Notes under the pieces: model-generated
Seen by the model: the letters and a program-made list of their open reading frames with translations, nothing else
What the model was told of the DNA's origin: nothing
Databases searched by the model: none
Shown here: positions 33,968 to 34,920 of the stretch, one piece after another
How positions within the stretch are numbered: position 1 is the stretch's first letter
Layout of the letters: each line of letters begins with the position of its first letter
Position numbers and translations under genes: made by a program
Source: a virus
Lineage: Duplodnaviria; Caudoviricetes
Strand: one strand, 5' to 3'
DNA: 34,920 bases
Virus record (IMG/VR): IMGVR_UViG_3300044676_003044
Location: 1 to 34,920 of that record

Positions 33968-34920
33968 ACCCACCTCCTGCTAACCTTCATTCTCACCCGA
34001 TTTGCTCCTCCTACTCTGCGAATCCGGTTTTCACTCTCTTCTCGTCTTGCTTCGGCAACGAACTGGAGAAATCGTTCTCGGAAGACATTACTTTTTTGAA
34101 CGTTGCGGAGTTCGTTTTCCTTGAGATAGGCCCGTTCCACTGCACCGAAAACCAACGCTTCGTGAAAGCGTGATCCGATGATCGGGGTGTCTGTCCCTCC
34201 AGCCACGTTGGCGTAGTTTTGTAAAGCGTTGCGTGGAGGGTTCCGGGTTCCCTGTAATTCTATAGACGGTAAAACTACGGTAGTACCCTGAAAGAAACCG
34301 CTAGCGTCAAAAAGCAGATCGGTTCCGCTAATTGCATCCACATCAGTAGTCGGAGTTTGTAGGAGGTAGTTGGAAAAAACATTAGACGATACAAACGTGA
34401 CTGACGCATTGGAAACAGTCCCTGTATTGGTCGTAGTTTTCGTCAACGTGATCGTAGTGCCACTGATCGCTGAGATGGCAGTCTTCTCAGGAATATTGGC
34501 ATTCCCACCAACATACATCCCGACTGCTAAATCTGATGCGTCAGAAACAGTGATCGTTGTTGTCGTAGCGTTAAAAGAAGCGGTGACCGTACTGACGATG
34601 TTGCCAGCAGGAATCGGATAAAGTCGGAAGGTGGAAGCGGACTGATGATCCAAGACAACAGCCCGGATTGGGCCTGTCTGGGAACGCCAATCTGCATCTA
34701 CAGGCTCATGTAGGAAGGAAGAAGCCTCGTCCAGCACGGTGGGACTGATGATCGGGATTTCTACTGCACGATTGCGTACCCGAGCACGTTGAATATCCAT
34801 CAAGGCAGGATATTCCACACTGTTTGAGGTCAGGGTTGGCACATCGTAGGTTGCAACCAACCCCTGTAGATCAACGTTTGTAGTGTATAAAGGGAATCCA
34901 GTTAGGCGGATGAACTCGTG
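33964..34920 (-). CDS. Head-tail adaptor / tail tubular protein A-like, 5'-truncated by the window edge
   Basis: The frame stays open to 34920 (HEFIRLTG...); FRLYPIP and RFHEALVFGAVERAYLK are adaptor-type motifs; Thr-rich beta insert. Confidence 0.7.
   Translation of the reverse strand, partial: HEFIRLTGFPLYTTNVDLQGLVATYDVPTLTSNSVEYPALMDIQRARVRNRAVEIPIISPTVLDEASSFLHEPVDADWRSQTGPIRAVVLDHQSASTFRLYPIPAGNIVSTVTASFNATTTTITVSDASDLAVGMYVGGNANIPEKTAISAISGTTITLTKTTTNTGTVSNASVTFVSSNVFSNYLLQTPTTDVDAISGTDLLFDASGFFQGTTVVLPSIELQGTRNPPRNALQNYANVAGGTDTPIIGSRFHEALVFGAVERAYLKENELRNVQKSNVFRERFLQFVAEARREESENRIRRVGGANRVRMKVSRRWV

Larger units (their letters stand above)
1..34920. mobile_element. Tailed bacteriophage genome segment (replication module + attP-like site + late/structural and lysis module)
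   Basis: Densely packed, often ATGA-overlapping ORFs with phage replication, tail fibre, tail chaperone and endolysin motifs; no cellular housekeeping genes; two convergent transcription blocks. Confidence 0.96.

Noticed and set aside
9413-34621. Numerous short + strand ORFs within the late region, including the repetitive ones at 31741-33296
   Set aside because: They are antisense shadows of long, motif-bearing minus-strand genes; their repeats merely mirror the fibre repeats.
105-34920. Stop-codon reassignment, inteins or introns
   Set aside because: Genes are full length under the standard code and use TAA, TAG and TGA as stops; no intein or homing endonuclease motifs were seen in PolA, the helicases or the giant protein.

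Overview
The whole window is part of a tailed dsDNA bacteriophage genome, probably podovirus-like and possibly temperate. A + strand replication operon (105-8042) encodes a SNF2-type helicase, a Cas4-like/DUF2800-type nuclease, a DUF2815-type SSB, a family A DNA polymerase and a Prim-Pol/SF3 primase-helicase. It converges on a - strand late region (8739 to beyond 34920). That region encodes a head-tail adaptor, a set of tail-fibre/receptor-binding genes with chaperones, a lysis cassette with an M15 peptidase, small basic proteins, a nozzle-like tail protein, two putative ejection proteins and a 3048-aa polyvalent-type virion protein. At the convergence point lies the 3' half of a tRNA-Arg(UCG) with flanking repeats, which has the look of an attP site, although no integrase is in the window. 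The most notable observation is in the giant protein: three enzyme-like cassettes (ASCH, Cys-His-Asp papain/transglutaminase-like, ADP-ribosyltransferase) are each bounded by a recurring S[FL]S[SA]NR junction motif, downstream of a zincin-like HExxGH domain. This suggests an injected, processed or cassette-swappable effector polyprotein. All family assignments come from motif recognition by eye, with no database searches. GC values are hand counts of individual 60-nt lines.
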